34,082 nt of DNA from an uncultured Sideroxydans sp. (GCA_964606865.1 CAZSIO010000001.1:1-34082), one strand, 5' to 3'. Positions 7,914 through 17,264 are shown, numbered from the stretch's first letter. Notes: generated by a model from the letters alone, not told the origin. Numbers and translations: made by a program.

Positions 7914-9992
7914 CTAGAACTTCATGTTCACACTTGCACGCAAAATCCTTGGTTCGGCCGGATGGGTGTGGATGTCGGACACAGGAGTCGCTTCGCCGCT
8001 TAGTTGAGATTCATAGTAATAGTCGATGTCGCTCACCCGCGTGTCGAACAGGTTCAACACCTCCATGCTCAATCTGACCTGTTTGCTGATTTTGTATCCG
8101 GTCATCAGGTTCGCCAGCGTCGACGATTTCGAGCGTACGCTATCGTCTTCAATGAGCGGGCGCGGGCCAAAATAGCGCAGGCGTAACCCTGCCGACCACG
8201 GTTCGTTTTCCTGCAAACTCACACCGACCGAAGCGGCCTGTTCGATCCCGCCGGGAATGCGATTCCCGGCGGGATCGCTGTCGGTAAAGCGTGCACTCGA
8301 CAGCGACACATCGCCGTCTATGAGCAGCCACGCAACCGGATTCCAGTAGTTCGCCCACTCCACGCCCTGGCGGCGGCTGGGACGCGAGGCGCTGGTGGTG
8401 CCCGCGTCGCCGACGAAGACCAGTTCCGAATCGATGTCCAGCCGCCACAGCGTCAGCGAGGTTTGCAGCCCGGGCAGAATCGCGCTGCGCACGCCGACTT
8501 CGTGACCCGTGGCGGGAACCAGCGGGCGCACCGGAACTATGGCATCGCCGTTGCATTCACCCGCTGCGCCCGTGCAACCCGGCCGGATACCGGGGCGCGG
8601 GTTGGGGTTGATGTTGATGGTGGTGCCGCGCGCATCGTTGCTGTGGAAACCGCGACCCGCATTCAGGTAATACTCGGTCTTGTCCCACGGGCCGAACACC
8701 AGCGACAACTTGGGCGAAACGATGGCATCCCTCTTGTTGCCGGAATTGGCGGCGGTGTCGCTGTTCACGTCGAAGCGGTAACTGTCGCCGCGCAAGCCGA
8801 GGATGGAGCGGAACTTCTCGCTCCACTGGAGCTGCGTTTCACCCCACAACGACACGCTGGTCTGCTTCACCTTGTCGTCGCGCACCGTTCCCGACTTTAC
8901 CCGGTTCTGCGTCGAAAACAATCCCACGCCGATGTCATCGTGGCGCACACCAGTGCCTATGGTGGTGATGACCGGTATGCCGTGCATGTCTTGCAGCCAG
9001 TTATGCGACGCTTTCGCGCCGACTATGGTGCGCTTGTCGGCTTGCAAAAACTGGTCGCCATGCACGGAATCGGTGGCGTAAGTGAAGTTGGACCAAAGGT
9101 TCAGCGCATAATTGACCAGATAGACGTTCGCGTGACTGGAACTGTTGTTGCCAGTTCCTGCCCACTCGCCGGACAGACTGTAACGGTGCGTGTTGCCACC
9201 TGTCGTGGGGTCAAGGCTGCCATAACGTCCCACCGTTGCCATCGCACGCTGCGCTATCTGGTCGGTCGCCGTCCATTGAGCATCGTAGCCCAGCAGCGAC
9301 ACCCCCCAGCCGTCGTCGCGTTGTCCCTGTCCGTAACGCAGCACCATGTTGTCCTTGCGCAAATGCTCCGGCACCGTCCACGGCCCATCGTTGTGGTAGC
9401 CCTCGGCCGCGATGAGCAAATTCCCATCCTTGACCGCAGGCGAGGCCGTCGCCAGCAGGCGCGAGAAACCGCCGCTGCCCATCGTCATCTGCGCGTAAGG
9501 CGCATCCAGCTTGCGCACATAGTCGATGCGCGCCGAACCCGCCGCCGAGAAATCGCCATCGCCCGCGTAATAAGTCCCCTTGCGGTACTGCACGCGCTCC
9601 ACCAATTCCGGGATGAGAAAGTTGAGATCGGTATAGCCCTGGCCGTGCGCATGCGTCGGCATGTTCACCGGCATGTCCATAAGCGAAGTCGAGAAGTCCG
9701 TGCCGTGATCGAGATTGAAGCCGCGCAGATAATACTGGTTGGCCTTGCCGTCGCCCGAGTGCTGGCTGATGATGAGGCCGGGCACCACTTCCAGCACCTC
9801 GGCGGGTCGCAGCAGTGGTCGATTCTCCAGTTGCTCGGCAGTCACCGTGCCTTCGCTTGATGTTGAGGCCACCCCGAGTTGATCGGTGGATTTGGCGATG
9901 ACCGACACTTCGTCCAGCGTCGGGATTCCGGCTGCAAAGCCGCGTTCTGTCAGCAACAGCATCGCTGTTAAGACGAATTTATTTTTCTTCAT
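7914..9992 (-). CDS. TonB-dependent outer-membrane receptor, probably for nickel
   Basis: Signal peptide MKKNKFVL, TonB-box-like LDEVSVIA, plug with QHSGDGKANQYYLRGFNLDHGTD and THAHGQGY, C-terminal Phe. Substrate is inferred from context only. Confidence 0.85.
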   Translation of the reverse strand: MKKNKFVLTAMLLLTERGFAAGIPTLDEVSVIAKSTDQLGVASTSSEGTVTAEQLENRPLLRPAEVLEVVPGLIISQHSGDGKANQYYLRGFNLDHGTDFSTSLMDMPVNMPTHAHGQGYTDLNFLIPELVERVQYRKGTYYAGDGDFSAAGSARIDYVRKLDAPYAQMTMGSGGFSRLLATASPAVKDGNLLIAAEGYHNDGPWTVPEHLRKDNMVLRYGQGQRDDGWGVSLLGYDAQWTATDQIAQRAMATVGRYGSLDPTTGGNTHRYSLSGEWAGTGNNSSSHANVYLVNYALNLWSNFTYATDSVHGDQFLQADKRTIVGAKASHNWLQDMHGIPVITTIGTGVRHDDIGVGLFSTQNRVKSGTVRDDKVKQTSVSLWGETQLQWSEKFRSILGLRGDSYRFDVNSDTAANSGNKRDAIVSPKLSLVFGPWDKTEYYLNAGRGFHSNDARGTTININPNPRPGIRPGCTGAAGECNGDAIVPVRPLVPATGHEVGVRSAILPGLQTSLTLWRLDIDSELVFVGDAGTTSASRPSRRQGVEWANYWNPVAWLLIDGDVSLSSARFTDSDPAGNRIPGGIEQAASVGVSLQENEPWSAGLRLRYFGPRPLIEDDSVRSKSSTLANLMTGYKISKQVRLSMEVLNLFDTRVSDIDYYYESQLSGEATPVSDIHTHPAEPRILRASVNMKF

Positions 9993-10033
9993 AACAACTT
10001 CCAAAAAAATACAACGAGCCAACACAAAGAGAA

Positions 10034-10849
10034 TCAAGCCGGGGCAGAAACGCGCTGCTGGCTGTAGCGCGCAAACAGAAAACTGAGGGCGACTACCGCG
10101 ATGATGGCGCAGCCGATGAACAACTCGCGTCCTTCCTGCCAGTTTGATGCTTCGGGGAAGAAGCACCGCGACAGGCCCAGCGCCGCCACGAACAGACTAA
10201 GCAAGGCCACGGTCACCCCCATGATGCGCGAAGCGGCGCGTGCGGTGGCATCGGCGCGCTGCAACAGGTGCGAGATCCACAGCCCGTTGGCGGCATCGGT
10301 CACCATCATGCCGAGCATGAAACACACCGCCAGCAGGAATGCGGACATGACGCCGCCGTATTGCGTGGCGGTGGCGGAGAACAGGGTGGCTTGCGAGAGT
10401 GTGTCGAAAGAAAAGGCGAACAGCGAACCCACCATGGCGATCAGCACGGGATGGCTGGCATGTTTGAGTTGTCCCAGCCAGCGGCCCCTGAGACCGACCA
10501 TCTGCACCATCTCGTGAGCAGGAGTTGAGAACACTGCATACAGGTTAAGTGCGCCCAGCGAGAGCAGGAAGAACGCCGACACCCAGGCGCCGACATCGTC
10601 CATCCAGGCAGGCACCGCGCCCTGCTGGAACAGCAGGCTGGTGGCGACAGCGACGATGCACACCACAATCCCGTGGCCAAGCGAGAACAGGAAACCGCAC
10701 AGACGCGCCAGCTTTTTGCGCCCGGCTGCGGCATTGAAACGGGTCAAGCCGTCGATGGTGGCGAGATGGTCGGCATCCATGCCGTGCTTCATTCCCAGCA
10801 CGAGCACCAAGGCGAGCAAGGGATAGATGCTGCCAAAATCCGTTTCCAT
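10034..10849 (-). CDS. hoxN: NiCoT family nickel/cobalt permease (HoxN/HupN/NixA)
   Basis: Signature KHGMDADHLATIDG, FSLGHG, SFDT; multiple TM segments; GGGGG RBS before ATG 10849. Confidence 0.9.
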   Translation of the reverse strand: METDFGSIYPLLALVLVLGMKHGMDADHLATIDGLTRFNAAAGRKKLARLCGFLFSLGHGIVVCIVAVATSLLFQQGAVPAWMDDVGAWVSAFFLLSLGALNLYAVFSTPAHEMVQMVGLRGRWLGQLKHASHPVLIAMVGSLFAFSFDTLSQATLFSATATQYGGVMSAFLLAVCFMLGMMVTDAANGLWISHLLQRADATARAASRIMGVTVALLSLFVAALGLSRCFFPEASNWQEGRELFIGCAIIAVVALSFLFARYSQQRVSAPA

Positions 10850-10883
10850 ATCACCCCCGTAAGAAGAATCTGTACATTTTCTT

Positions 10884-10899
10884 AACAAGAATTATGCCA
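10884..10899 (-). promoter_or_regulatory. Sigma-54 promoter for the NiCoT-TonB receptor unit
   Basis: TGGCAT-AATTC-TTGTT, the same GT variant at -12 as the hupS promoter. Confidence 0.6.
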
Positions 10900-10924
10900 A
10901 CAACAGCAAATATTTTTGGCCCCC

Positions 10925-10949
10925 GTAACGAAAATTCAGAAATTCATAC
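10925..10949. promoter_or_regulatory. Candidate NikR operator
   Basis: Minus strand GTATGA-N13-CGTTAC: one perfect E. coli-type half site, but the spacer is shorter than the E. coli N16. Confidence 0.4.
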
Positions 10950-10961
10950 AACACGTTGATT
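10949..10961 (-). promoter_or_regulatory. IHF binding site
   Basis: AATCAACGTGTTG is an exact match to WATCAANNNNTTR and lies between the sigma-54 promoter and the candidate enhancer. Confidence 0.6.
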
Positions 10962-11069
10962 ACAGAATAAATCCATCGAACAAGTTGTTTAACCCCAATT
11001 ATCCATGCTCGCGCTTCCAGCAGATTTTCGCGGCAAACAGCGCGGTCTACTGGAAAACTGCTTTCCGCT

Positions 11070-12431
11070 TTAACTCCGCTTTGATCGCGGCAGACACAGC
11101 TTGAACTGGGCACCGCCGCCCGGCGTATTGCTTACCGACAACTCTCCGCCGTGATGTTCAATGATGCCGTAGCTGATCGACAAACCCAGCCCCGTCCCTT
11201 TGCCGACTGGCTTGGTGGTATAGAACGGATCGAAGATCTTGCCCAGCGCCTGCTCGGGAATGCCTGGCCCGTTGTCCTGAAACAGGATCACGACCTGTTC
11301 AGCGTCGGGTTCGGCGCTGATGGTCAGCAGCGGATCGGTCCGGTCCTCGGTGGCATCCGACGCATTTTGCACCAGATTGATGATGACCTGCTGCAACCGA
11401 CCCGGCGAACCGAACACGGGTATCTCTTTCGGTAAATCGGCCACCACACGGAAGTTAAGCGGTGCGGCCCGCGTCACCCAATGCACCGAACGCTCGATGG
11501 TCTCGGCTAGATTGAATTCGACGTTCTCATTGCGATCAGAGGCGGAAAAACGCTTGAGTCCGTCCACAATGTCGCGTGTGCGCTCTGATCCTTCCACCGC
11601 TCCGGACAGCAGTGGTGCCAAATCGTCGAGAATTCGGTCGATGCGCAACTCGACGCGCAACTGCTCCAGCGCCTCACACGGAGTACCGCCGTGCACCGCA
11701 TCCAGATAACGTTTCAGCCGTGTGGTGTAGCGCTGCATCGCGTGCACGTTACCCAGGACGAAACTGATCGGATTGTTCAGCTCATGGGCCACTCCCGCCA
11801 CCAGTTTGCCGAGCGAAGCCATCTTTTCCGACTGCAACAATTGTTGCTGGGTACGCTTGAGCTCTTCGTGCGCCTCGCGCAGTTTGTGATAGGCTCGGCG
11901 CAATTCTCCCAGCGGCCGGCCGGTGATCACCACACCCAGCAACTTTCCCGAACCGGATAGGCGCGGCGTGAAATTGAGCGCCACCGGCGTGGTACCACCG
12001 TCGCGCGTTTTGAACTGCAGCTCAATATCATTGGCCGGCTCGCTCGTGAGCCCGGAGATCACCCGCCTTGCCGTCGCACACCCGCTTTCGTCGGAGAACA
12101 GGGAACCCAGCTTGGCGCCTTTGAGATCCTGCTCCGTGCGCCCGGTGAATACAAGCAGAGAATGGTTCACCTCCTCGATCACCGCATTGCGATCGCACAC
12201 CACAAGCAGGTCGGACATCGACGTGAGGATGCTGTAGATGAACTGCTGCGACTCTTCCAGATCGGAGTTCTTTTGCTCCAACACCACCTCGTATTGCAGT
12301 AACTCGTTGTACACCTCGTCCATCGAGCGCACGACATCGATCCAGGCCGATTCCGAGAATGAATCGATTGCGGTAGGCAGCGGCAATCTGGACGAAGTGG
12401 ATTGGGCACGTGAATTCATGCTTCTATACAT
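11070..12431 (-). CDS. hupT: PAS-domain histidine kinase of the H2-sensing system (HupT/HoxJ)
   Basis: N-terminal AWIDVVRSMDEVY, PAS domain, SEKMASLGKLVAGVAHELNNP, DNGPG, DPFYTTKPVGKGTGLGL. Confidence 0.9.
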   Translation of the reverse strand: MYRSMNSRAQSTSSRLPLPTAIDSFSESAWIDVVRSMDEVYNELLQYEVVLEQKNSDLEESQQFIYSILTSMSDLLVVCDRNAVIEEVNHSLLVFTGRTEQDLKGAKLGSLFSDESGCATARRVISGLTSEPANDIELQFKTRDGGTTPVALNFTPRLSGSGKLLGVVITGRPLGELRRAYHKLREAHEELKRTQQQLLQSEKMASLGKLVAGVAHELNNPISFVLGNVHAMQRYTTRLKRYLDAVHGGTPCEALEQLRVELRIDRILDDLAPLLSGAVEGSERTRDIVDGLKRFSASDRNENVEFNLAETIERSVHWVTRAAPLNFRVVADLPKEIPVFGSPGRLQQVIINLVQNASDATEDRTDPLLTISAEPDAEQVVILFQDNGPGIPEQALGKIFDPFYTTKPVGKGTGLGLSISYGIIEHHGGELSVSNTPGGGAQFKLCLPRSKRS

Positions 12432-12445
12432 TTACGCTCTTGTGT

Positions 12446-12895
12446 TCAAGTCGTCGGACGGCTATGCACATGACCATGGCCGCGCCCGGCCCCTGCATCT
12501 ACCGGCACGAGGTTAACTTGGCCGTGGCGCACGCCGCGCTCGGCGATCAATGCATCGGCGAAACTGCGCACCATCCCGGTTTTGCCGCGCAGCATCACCG
12601 TCTCCAGACAATTTTCATGATCGAGGTGCACATGGGTCGACGCCACCACCAGATCGTGGTGGTCGTGCTGCAATCCGGTGAGGCGTTCCGCGAGGTCGCG
12701 CTCGTGGTGGTTGTATACATAGGACAGACTCGCCACGCAGTACGGCGCCTGCTTATCCTGCACGCGTAGCGTCTCCAGTTTGCCGCGCAACATGTCGCGC
12801 ACCGCCTCGGAGCGGTTGAGATAGCCGCGCTCGCGGATCAGGCGGTCGAATTCGCTAGCGAGTTTTTCGTCTAGTGAGATGGTGAAGCGTTCCAT
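12446..12895 (-). CDS. nikR: Nickel-responsive regulator NikR
   Basis: Ribbon-helix-helix MERFTISLD...NRSEAVRD, YVYNHH, Ni ligands QH...THVHLDHENCLE. Confidence 0.96.
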   Translation of the reverse strand: MERFTISLDEKLASEFDRLIRERGYLNRSEAVRDMLRGKLETLRVQDKQAPYCVASLSYVYNHHERDLAERLTGLQHDHHDLVVASTHVHLDHENCLETVMLRGKTGMVRSFADALIAERGVRHGQVNLVPVDAGAGRGHGHVHSRPTT

Positions 12896-12918
12896 ATTCT
12901 TCCTTCAAAAAAATATTT

Positions 12919-13039
12919 GCCACAGGGCACACTGGGATCACAGAGAGAAATAGCAGGAGAAAACCGGATGCGTTCTGTGGAAAGATATGTGCATGTTGAG
13001 TTCTGCCGGATTCTCTGTGTGCTCTGTGTACTCTGTGGC
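12919..13039. repeat. ACACAGAG-type inverted-repeat element A (hupV/nikR junction)
   Basis: 28-nt arms 12919-12946 and 13012-13039, 22 of 28 complementary, 9-nt internal period. Confidence 0.8.
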
Positions 13040-13056
13040 TGATAGTTTTTCAAGAT

Positions 13057-14505
13057 TTAATGCACCGTGCACACCATGCACGGGTCGAACGAACGTACCA
13101 CATGCTGCACCGCCAGCGGTGCACCGTCACCACCCTCTTCCGCCGCCAGCCCGACGAGCGCCTGTTCCAGTGCGCCCGGCACGCCCGCCGCATCGCGCGG
13201 CGAGAAGTTCCAGGTGGTCGGCGCGATGATCTGGTAGTTGTGCAGCTTGCCTTTGCGCACATCCATCCAGTGGCCAAGGCTGCCGCGCGCCGCTTCGATC
13301 AAACCGACGCCGCGCACTTCGTCCAATTCCAGCGCGGGAAGGCAGAAAGGTGCGCCCGGCCGTATCTGTTGCAGCCAGATTTCCATCGCGGGGATCACCA
13401 GCGCGAATTCCAGCATACGTGCAACGACCCGCGCCGTCACGCTGGCGCCGTGCCGCCCGACCATATCGCGCACCAACGGGTGGCCCGCCACCATCTGCCG
13501 CGCCAGCGGACCGGTCTCAGCCACCTGGCCGGACAGTCTCGGCGCCTTGCACCAGGAATACGCATCGGGCTTGTCCGGTTGTGGCAGGGTGCGCCCTTCC
13601 TCCGGCGCGAGCGCGACATCACCCGCCATCCAGCTGCTGCTCACGTCCTCGCGGATCGCGCCAATATCCAACACGTGCGACTTTCCATCTGACCAAACCC
13701 CCGGCTGAAAAAGTGCTGTTGCACCGTCAACATACGCGCCGTAACTCATAAATCGGTCAGCAGCACGCCCCATCTGCTGCAAGCCAAGATCGCGCGCGAT
13801 ATGCAAAAAGCGCGGGAAATCTGCCGATTTTGCGCGCGGTTGCATCCATGAATACAAGGCAGGTTCCGAATCAAGCGCGGCCACCGCCTCCAGCGTATCG
13901 CCAAACAGTGTGCGTTCAAGAAAGGTGCGGAACTCGTTCAGCAGCATTTTTAGCCGCAACTTTTCCGCCTCCTCCAACGGGCGCGATGAACCGCCCGGTT
14001 GCAACGACAGCGTGTGCGGCCAGCGCCCAGCCAGATAGCCCATCACGTTCATGAACTTAGCCCGCACCGGCAGCACATCCGCCGACGCAGTGCCCGTCAC
14101 TGACTTGAAACGCGCTTGTGTGTCGGCGAACCAGGCGCGATCACGATAACCGTCGCGCGCAAAATCCGGCATAAAGAACAGATAGAAGTGGCTCAGGTGG
14201 TCGGCGAGGTTCTCCGCCGCAAGGGTCAGGTTGGCGGCAAGGCGGCCGTTTTCCGGCGGCTGCAGACCCATGCCCTGCGCCAGCGCCTGTGCCGCGGCCG
14301 CCGATTGTGCCACTGAACAGATGCCACAGATGCGCGGCACATACACCAGCGCATCCAGTGGATGCTTGCCCAGCAAGATCTGCTCGAAACCGCGGTACAT
14401 CGGCGAGTTCACATAGGCCGCGCGCACGATGCCGACCTCGATGTCGAGCGTGACTTCGAGGTCGCCCTCGACGCGGTTGAAGGGGCCGATGATGCGGCGG
14501 GTCAT
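13057..14505 (-). CDS. hupV: H2-sensing [NiFe]-hydrogenase large subunit (HupV/HoxC, group 2b)
   Basis: GPFNRVEGD, PRICGIC, ends DPCMVCTVH with no cleavable C-terminal extension. Confidence 0.95.
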   Translation of the reverse strand: MTRRIIGPFNRVEGDLEVTLDIEVGIVRAAYVNSPMYRGFEQILLGKHPLDALVYVPRICGICSVAQSAAAAQALAQGMGLQPPENGRLAANLTLAAENLADHLSHFYLFFMPDFARDGYRDRAWFADTQARFKSVTGTASADVLPVRAKFMNVMGYLAGRWPHTLSLQPGGSSRPLEEAEKLRLKMLLNEFRTFLERTLFGDTLEAVAALDSEPALYSWMQPRAKSADFPRFLHIARDLGLQQMGRAADRFMSYGAYVDGATALFQPGVWSDGKSHVLDIGAIREDVSSSWMAGDVALAPEEGRTLPQPDKPDAYSWCKAPRLSGQVAETGPLARQMVAGHPLVRDMVGRHGASVTARVVARMLEFALVIPAMEIWLQQIRPGAPFCLPALELDEVRGVGLIEAARGSLGHWMDVRKGKLHNYQIIAPTTWNFSPRDAAGVPGALEQALVGLAAEEGGDGAPLAVQHVVRSFDPCMVCTVH

Positions 14506-14514
14506 ACACCCCCC

Positions 14515-14596
14515 TTCACCACAGAGACGCAGACACACAGAGAAAGGCAAAGCCATTCTCCATTTTTCCTCTGTGTCTCTATGTCTCTGTGGTGAA
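14515..14596. repeat. ACACAGAG-type inverted-repeat element B (hupU/hupV junction)
   Basis: Arms 14515-14542 and 14569-14596, 25 of 28 complementary, 8-nt internal period. Confidence 0.85.
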
Positions 14597-14614
14597 TGGT
14601 TTTGAACTTGTTTT

Positions 14615-15634
14615 TCATTTCAATCTCGTCTTCTTGCTCACCGGCGTGATCACCTGATGGTCGGACACAGCGTTTTCCTTTACGCGCTTCGGCGTGGCCG
14701 ATTTAGATAGCGATGCCAGCGCGACGAACCATGCCTTCGGCATATCTGTCGGCAAGCCGATCGGAATGCCGGCCAACTTGGGCGTGACGCCGAAGGGATG
14801 TCCAGGTTCTTCAAAACCCGGTTCGGTGCAGGCGATGCATGGATAACCGCCACGTACGCACGAACCTTCGCCGTTCCACAGGCGGATGTTGCAGTCGGCA
14901 TGCACCTGCGTGCCTTTGCAGCCCATGTTCTCCATCAGGCAACCCAGATCAGACGGTTTTTGCGCGCTGGCTTTGAATTCGTAATACTCGTTGCGCGAGC
15001 AACCGTGATGCACCAGATGATCGGCGTACAAGCGCGGACGGCGATAAATATCCAGTTGCGCTTTACCCATCCCGCCCGCCGCGAGCAAAGCCAGCGCCTC
15101 GATCACCCAGTTCGGGTGTGTCGGACAGCCCGAGATATTGACCACCGGCAGCCCGCCCGCAGCGCGATAATCCTCGCCCAGCAAGCCCCCCTGCGCATCG
15201 CCGTCATACTGCATACCACAGGCGTCGGCAGGATTGCTGCCGCCAGAGGTTACGCCGCCGAACGCGGCACAACTGCCGACCGCAACCGTGTAGCGCGACT
15301 GATGCGCCAGACGTTCGAGCAGGCTCTTCATCGAATCAGCGCCGGTGGTCTGATGAAAACCTCCTGTACCGAAAGGACCGCGCAGCACCGCGCCCTCAAG
15401 ACACAGAATGTCCAGCCTCGTCGCACCACTGGCGCACTCATCGACGATCTTACGCGCCTCGTCAGCACTTTGCTCCGACAGCGAGGGATGCCACAGCAGG
15501 TTAATGCCGATACCTTTCAGTGTATCAAACAGGTTGCGGCAATCTGCGTTCAGCAGCGACAGCGTGCAACCGCCGCAGCCGCCCGATTGCAGCCAGAGCA
15601 GATTCAGCGGTTGTCCTTGCCGGGTATCCTTCAT
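14615..15634 (-). CDS. hupU: H2-sensing hydrogenase small subunit (HupU/HoxB)
   Basis: LWLQSGGCGGC, GCPTHP, HHGCSRNEYY, C-terminal LPTDMPKAWFVALASLSK; no Tat signal peptide. Confidence 0.95.
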   Translation of the reverse strand: MKDTRQGQPLNLLWLQSGGCGGCTLSLLNADCRNLFDTLKGIGINLLWHPSLSEQSADEARKIVDECASGATRLDILCLEGAVLRGPFGTGGFHQTTGADSMKSLLERLAHQSRYTVAVGSCAAFGGVTSGGSNPADACGMQYDGDAQGGLLGEDYRAAGGLPVVNISGCPTHPNWVIEALALLAAGGMGKAQLDIYRRPRLYADHLVHHGCSRNEYYEFKASAQKPSDLGCLMENMGCKGTQVHADCNIRLWNGEGSCVRGGYPCIACTEPGFEEPGHPFGVTPKLAGIPIGLPTDMPKAWFVALASLSKSATPKRVKENAVSDHQVITPVSKKTRLK

Positions 15635-15649
15635 GATAAAACTTAATGT

Positions 15650-15797
15650 GCCTCAGAGAACACAGTGACCAAAAAGAAAGTGACTCCACGGATGCGGATG
15701 GTAAATTGTCGTCTGAACCGCTGGAATAAATCTAATTGGCAAGCCAATACAAAGATAGCCACAGACTTCCCTGTGTGCCCTGTGATCTCTGTGGCTA
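15650..15797. repeat. ACACAGAG-type inverted-repeat element C (hoxA/hupU junction), degenerate
   Basis: Arms 15650-15677 and 15768-15795, 20 of 28 complementary, plus an internal TAGCCACAGA (15756-15765) that pairs perfectly with 15788-15797. Confidence 0.7.
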
Positions 15798-15812
15798 ATT
15801 TTCGAATTTGTC

Positions 15813-17261
15813 TCATTCCGTTTTTTTCTCCAACCCATAGCGCGCCAACTTGCTGCGCAGTCCGACGCGCGACAGACCCAGTTCGGTGGCGGCGCGCGTC
15901 TTGTTCCAGCGGTGGCGTATCAGGCACTCATTGAGGACACGCGCCTCCAGCGCTTCCATGCGGTCCTTGAGGCTGCCGTCCAGTCCGGCGAGGATGCTCA
16001 TGTCCTGCGACTGCTCCTCCGGTGCGGCGCGCAACACTTTGGGAGAAAACAGGTGAGCGCCGATGTATTCGACGTCGCACAGCAGGATGGCACGCAGAAT
16101 CTCGTTCTGCATCTCGCGCACATTGCCCGGCCACTGGTAATTGCCAAGGCATTCCAGCGCCTCCGGAGTAAAACCATTTATCTCCTTTCCCATTGCCGGT
16201 ACTGCGTCGCGCAGCAGCGCGAGCGCGATCAGCGGGATATCCATCTTGCGGTCGCGCAGCGCGGGCATCGGCAGCACAAACTGGGTCAGGCGGTAGTACA
16301 GGTCCTCGCGAAAACGTCCTTTGCGCACCTCCTCTTCCAGGTCGCGATTGGTCGCCGACAGTATGCGCACATCGATCTTGCGCGAACGCGAATTACCGAC
16401 CGAGCGAATCTCACCTTCCTGCAATACACGCAGCAATTTGACCTGAAACGAAGGCGAGGTGTCGCCAATCTCATCGAGGAAGATGGTGCCGCCATCGGCC
16501 TGCTCGAACAATCCGATGCGGTCTTCGTATGCGCCGGTAAAACTGCCGCGTTTGTGCCCGAACAGTTCGGATTCAAGCAACTGGTCTGACATTGCGCCGC
16601 AGTTCTCGATGACGAAAGCGCGCGCCGCGCGCGGGCTGGAATAATGGATGGCACGCCCCAGCAATTCCTTGCCCGATCCAGATTCTCCGGAAATGTGCAC
16701 GGCGATCTCGCAATTCGCCACCCGCGTCGCCAATTCGATCACTTCATTCAGCGGGCTGGATGCCGAACGGACGATGCGCGAGAACTCGTAGTAGGTGCGC
16801 AACTTCTTGTGTTTCGCTACTACACGTCGTTGCAACACAGGTTGCGTGGTGTGCAATTCCAGATTCATCTGGTCACTTTGTTGCTGCAGATCGTGCAACT
16901 GGGCTGCCGCGCGCACCTTGAGCAGCAGCGAATCCGGATGCCAAGGCTTGAGAATATATTGATAGATACCGGCATCGTTGATGCCCGCGATGATATCCTC
17001 GACATCGGTGTAACCGGAGATGATCATGCGCACCGCATCCGGCCAGCACTCGCGCACTTCCTTGAGAAAATCAATGCCGGTCACACCGGGCATACGATGA
17101 TCGCACAACACCACATTGACGCGTTCGCGCTCCATGATGGCGCGCCCCTCTTCCGCGCTGGACGCGGTCAGCACACTGAATTCCTCATCCAGCGTACGGC
17201 GTATTGCCTCCTGCGAGCGCACCTCGTCGTCGATGACCAGAATGATGGTTTGGGTTGCCAT
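15813..17261 (-). CDS. hoxA: Sigma-54-dependent response regulator HoxA/HupR
   Basis: Receiver domain (VIDDE, CDHRMPG), Walker A GESGSGKE, ESELFGHKRGSFTGA, FLDEIG, C-terminal HTH RWNKTRAATELGLSRVGL. Confidence 0.95.
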   Translation of the reverse strand: MATQTIILVIDDEVRSQEAIRRTLDEEFSVLTASSAEEGRAIMERERVNVVLCDHRMPGVTGIDFLKEVRECWPDAVRMIISGYTDVEDIIAGINDAGIYQYILKPWHPDSLLLKVRAAAQLHDLQQQSDQMNLELHTTQPVLQRRVVAKHKKLRTYYEFSRIVRSASSPLNEVIELATRVANCEIAVHISGESGSGKELLGRAIHYSSPRAARAFVIENCGAMSDQLLESELFGHKRGSFTGAYEDRIGLFEQADGGTIFLDEIGDTSPSFQVKLLRVLQEGEIRSVGNSRSRKIDVRILSATNRDLEEEVRKGRFREDLYYRLTQFVLPMPALRDRKMDIPLIALALLRDAVPAMGKEINGFTPEALECLGNYQWPGNVREMQNEILRAILLCDVEYIGAHLFSPKVLRAAPEEQSQDMSILAGLDGSLKDRMEALEARVLNECLIRHRWNKTRAATELGLSRVGLRSKLARYGLEKKTE

Positions 17262-17264
17262 GAA

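Noticed and set aside
8463-9860. 465-aa + strand ORF, and similar long ORFs at 24180-25562, 30699-32414 and 17979-19142
   Set aside because: Antisense shadows of well-supported minus-strand genes in GC-rich DNA, with no recognisable motifs.
11015-11055. TTCCAGCAGA...TCTACTGGAA inverted repeat as the hupT terminator
   Set aside because: Large loop, no U-tract on the minus strand, and it overlaps the candidate enhancer; left unassigned.
10850-11069. NiCo or cobalamin riboswitch ahead of the metal transporters
   Set aside because: No recognisable aptamer core, and the predicted leader is only about 25 nt.
12871-13053. Short ORFs spanning the repeat elements (QSTQSTQR type; also 15653-15838 and the upstream extensions of hupV and hypF)
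   Set aside because: Artefacts of the periodic repeat; better starts with RBSs lie downstream.
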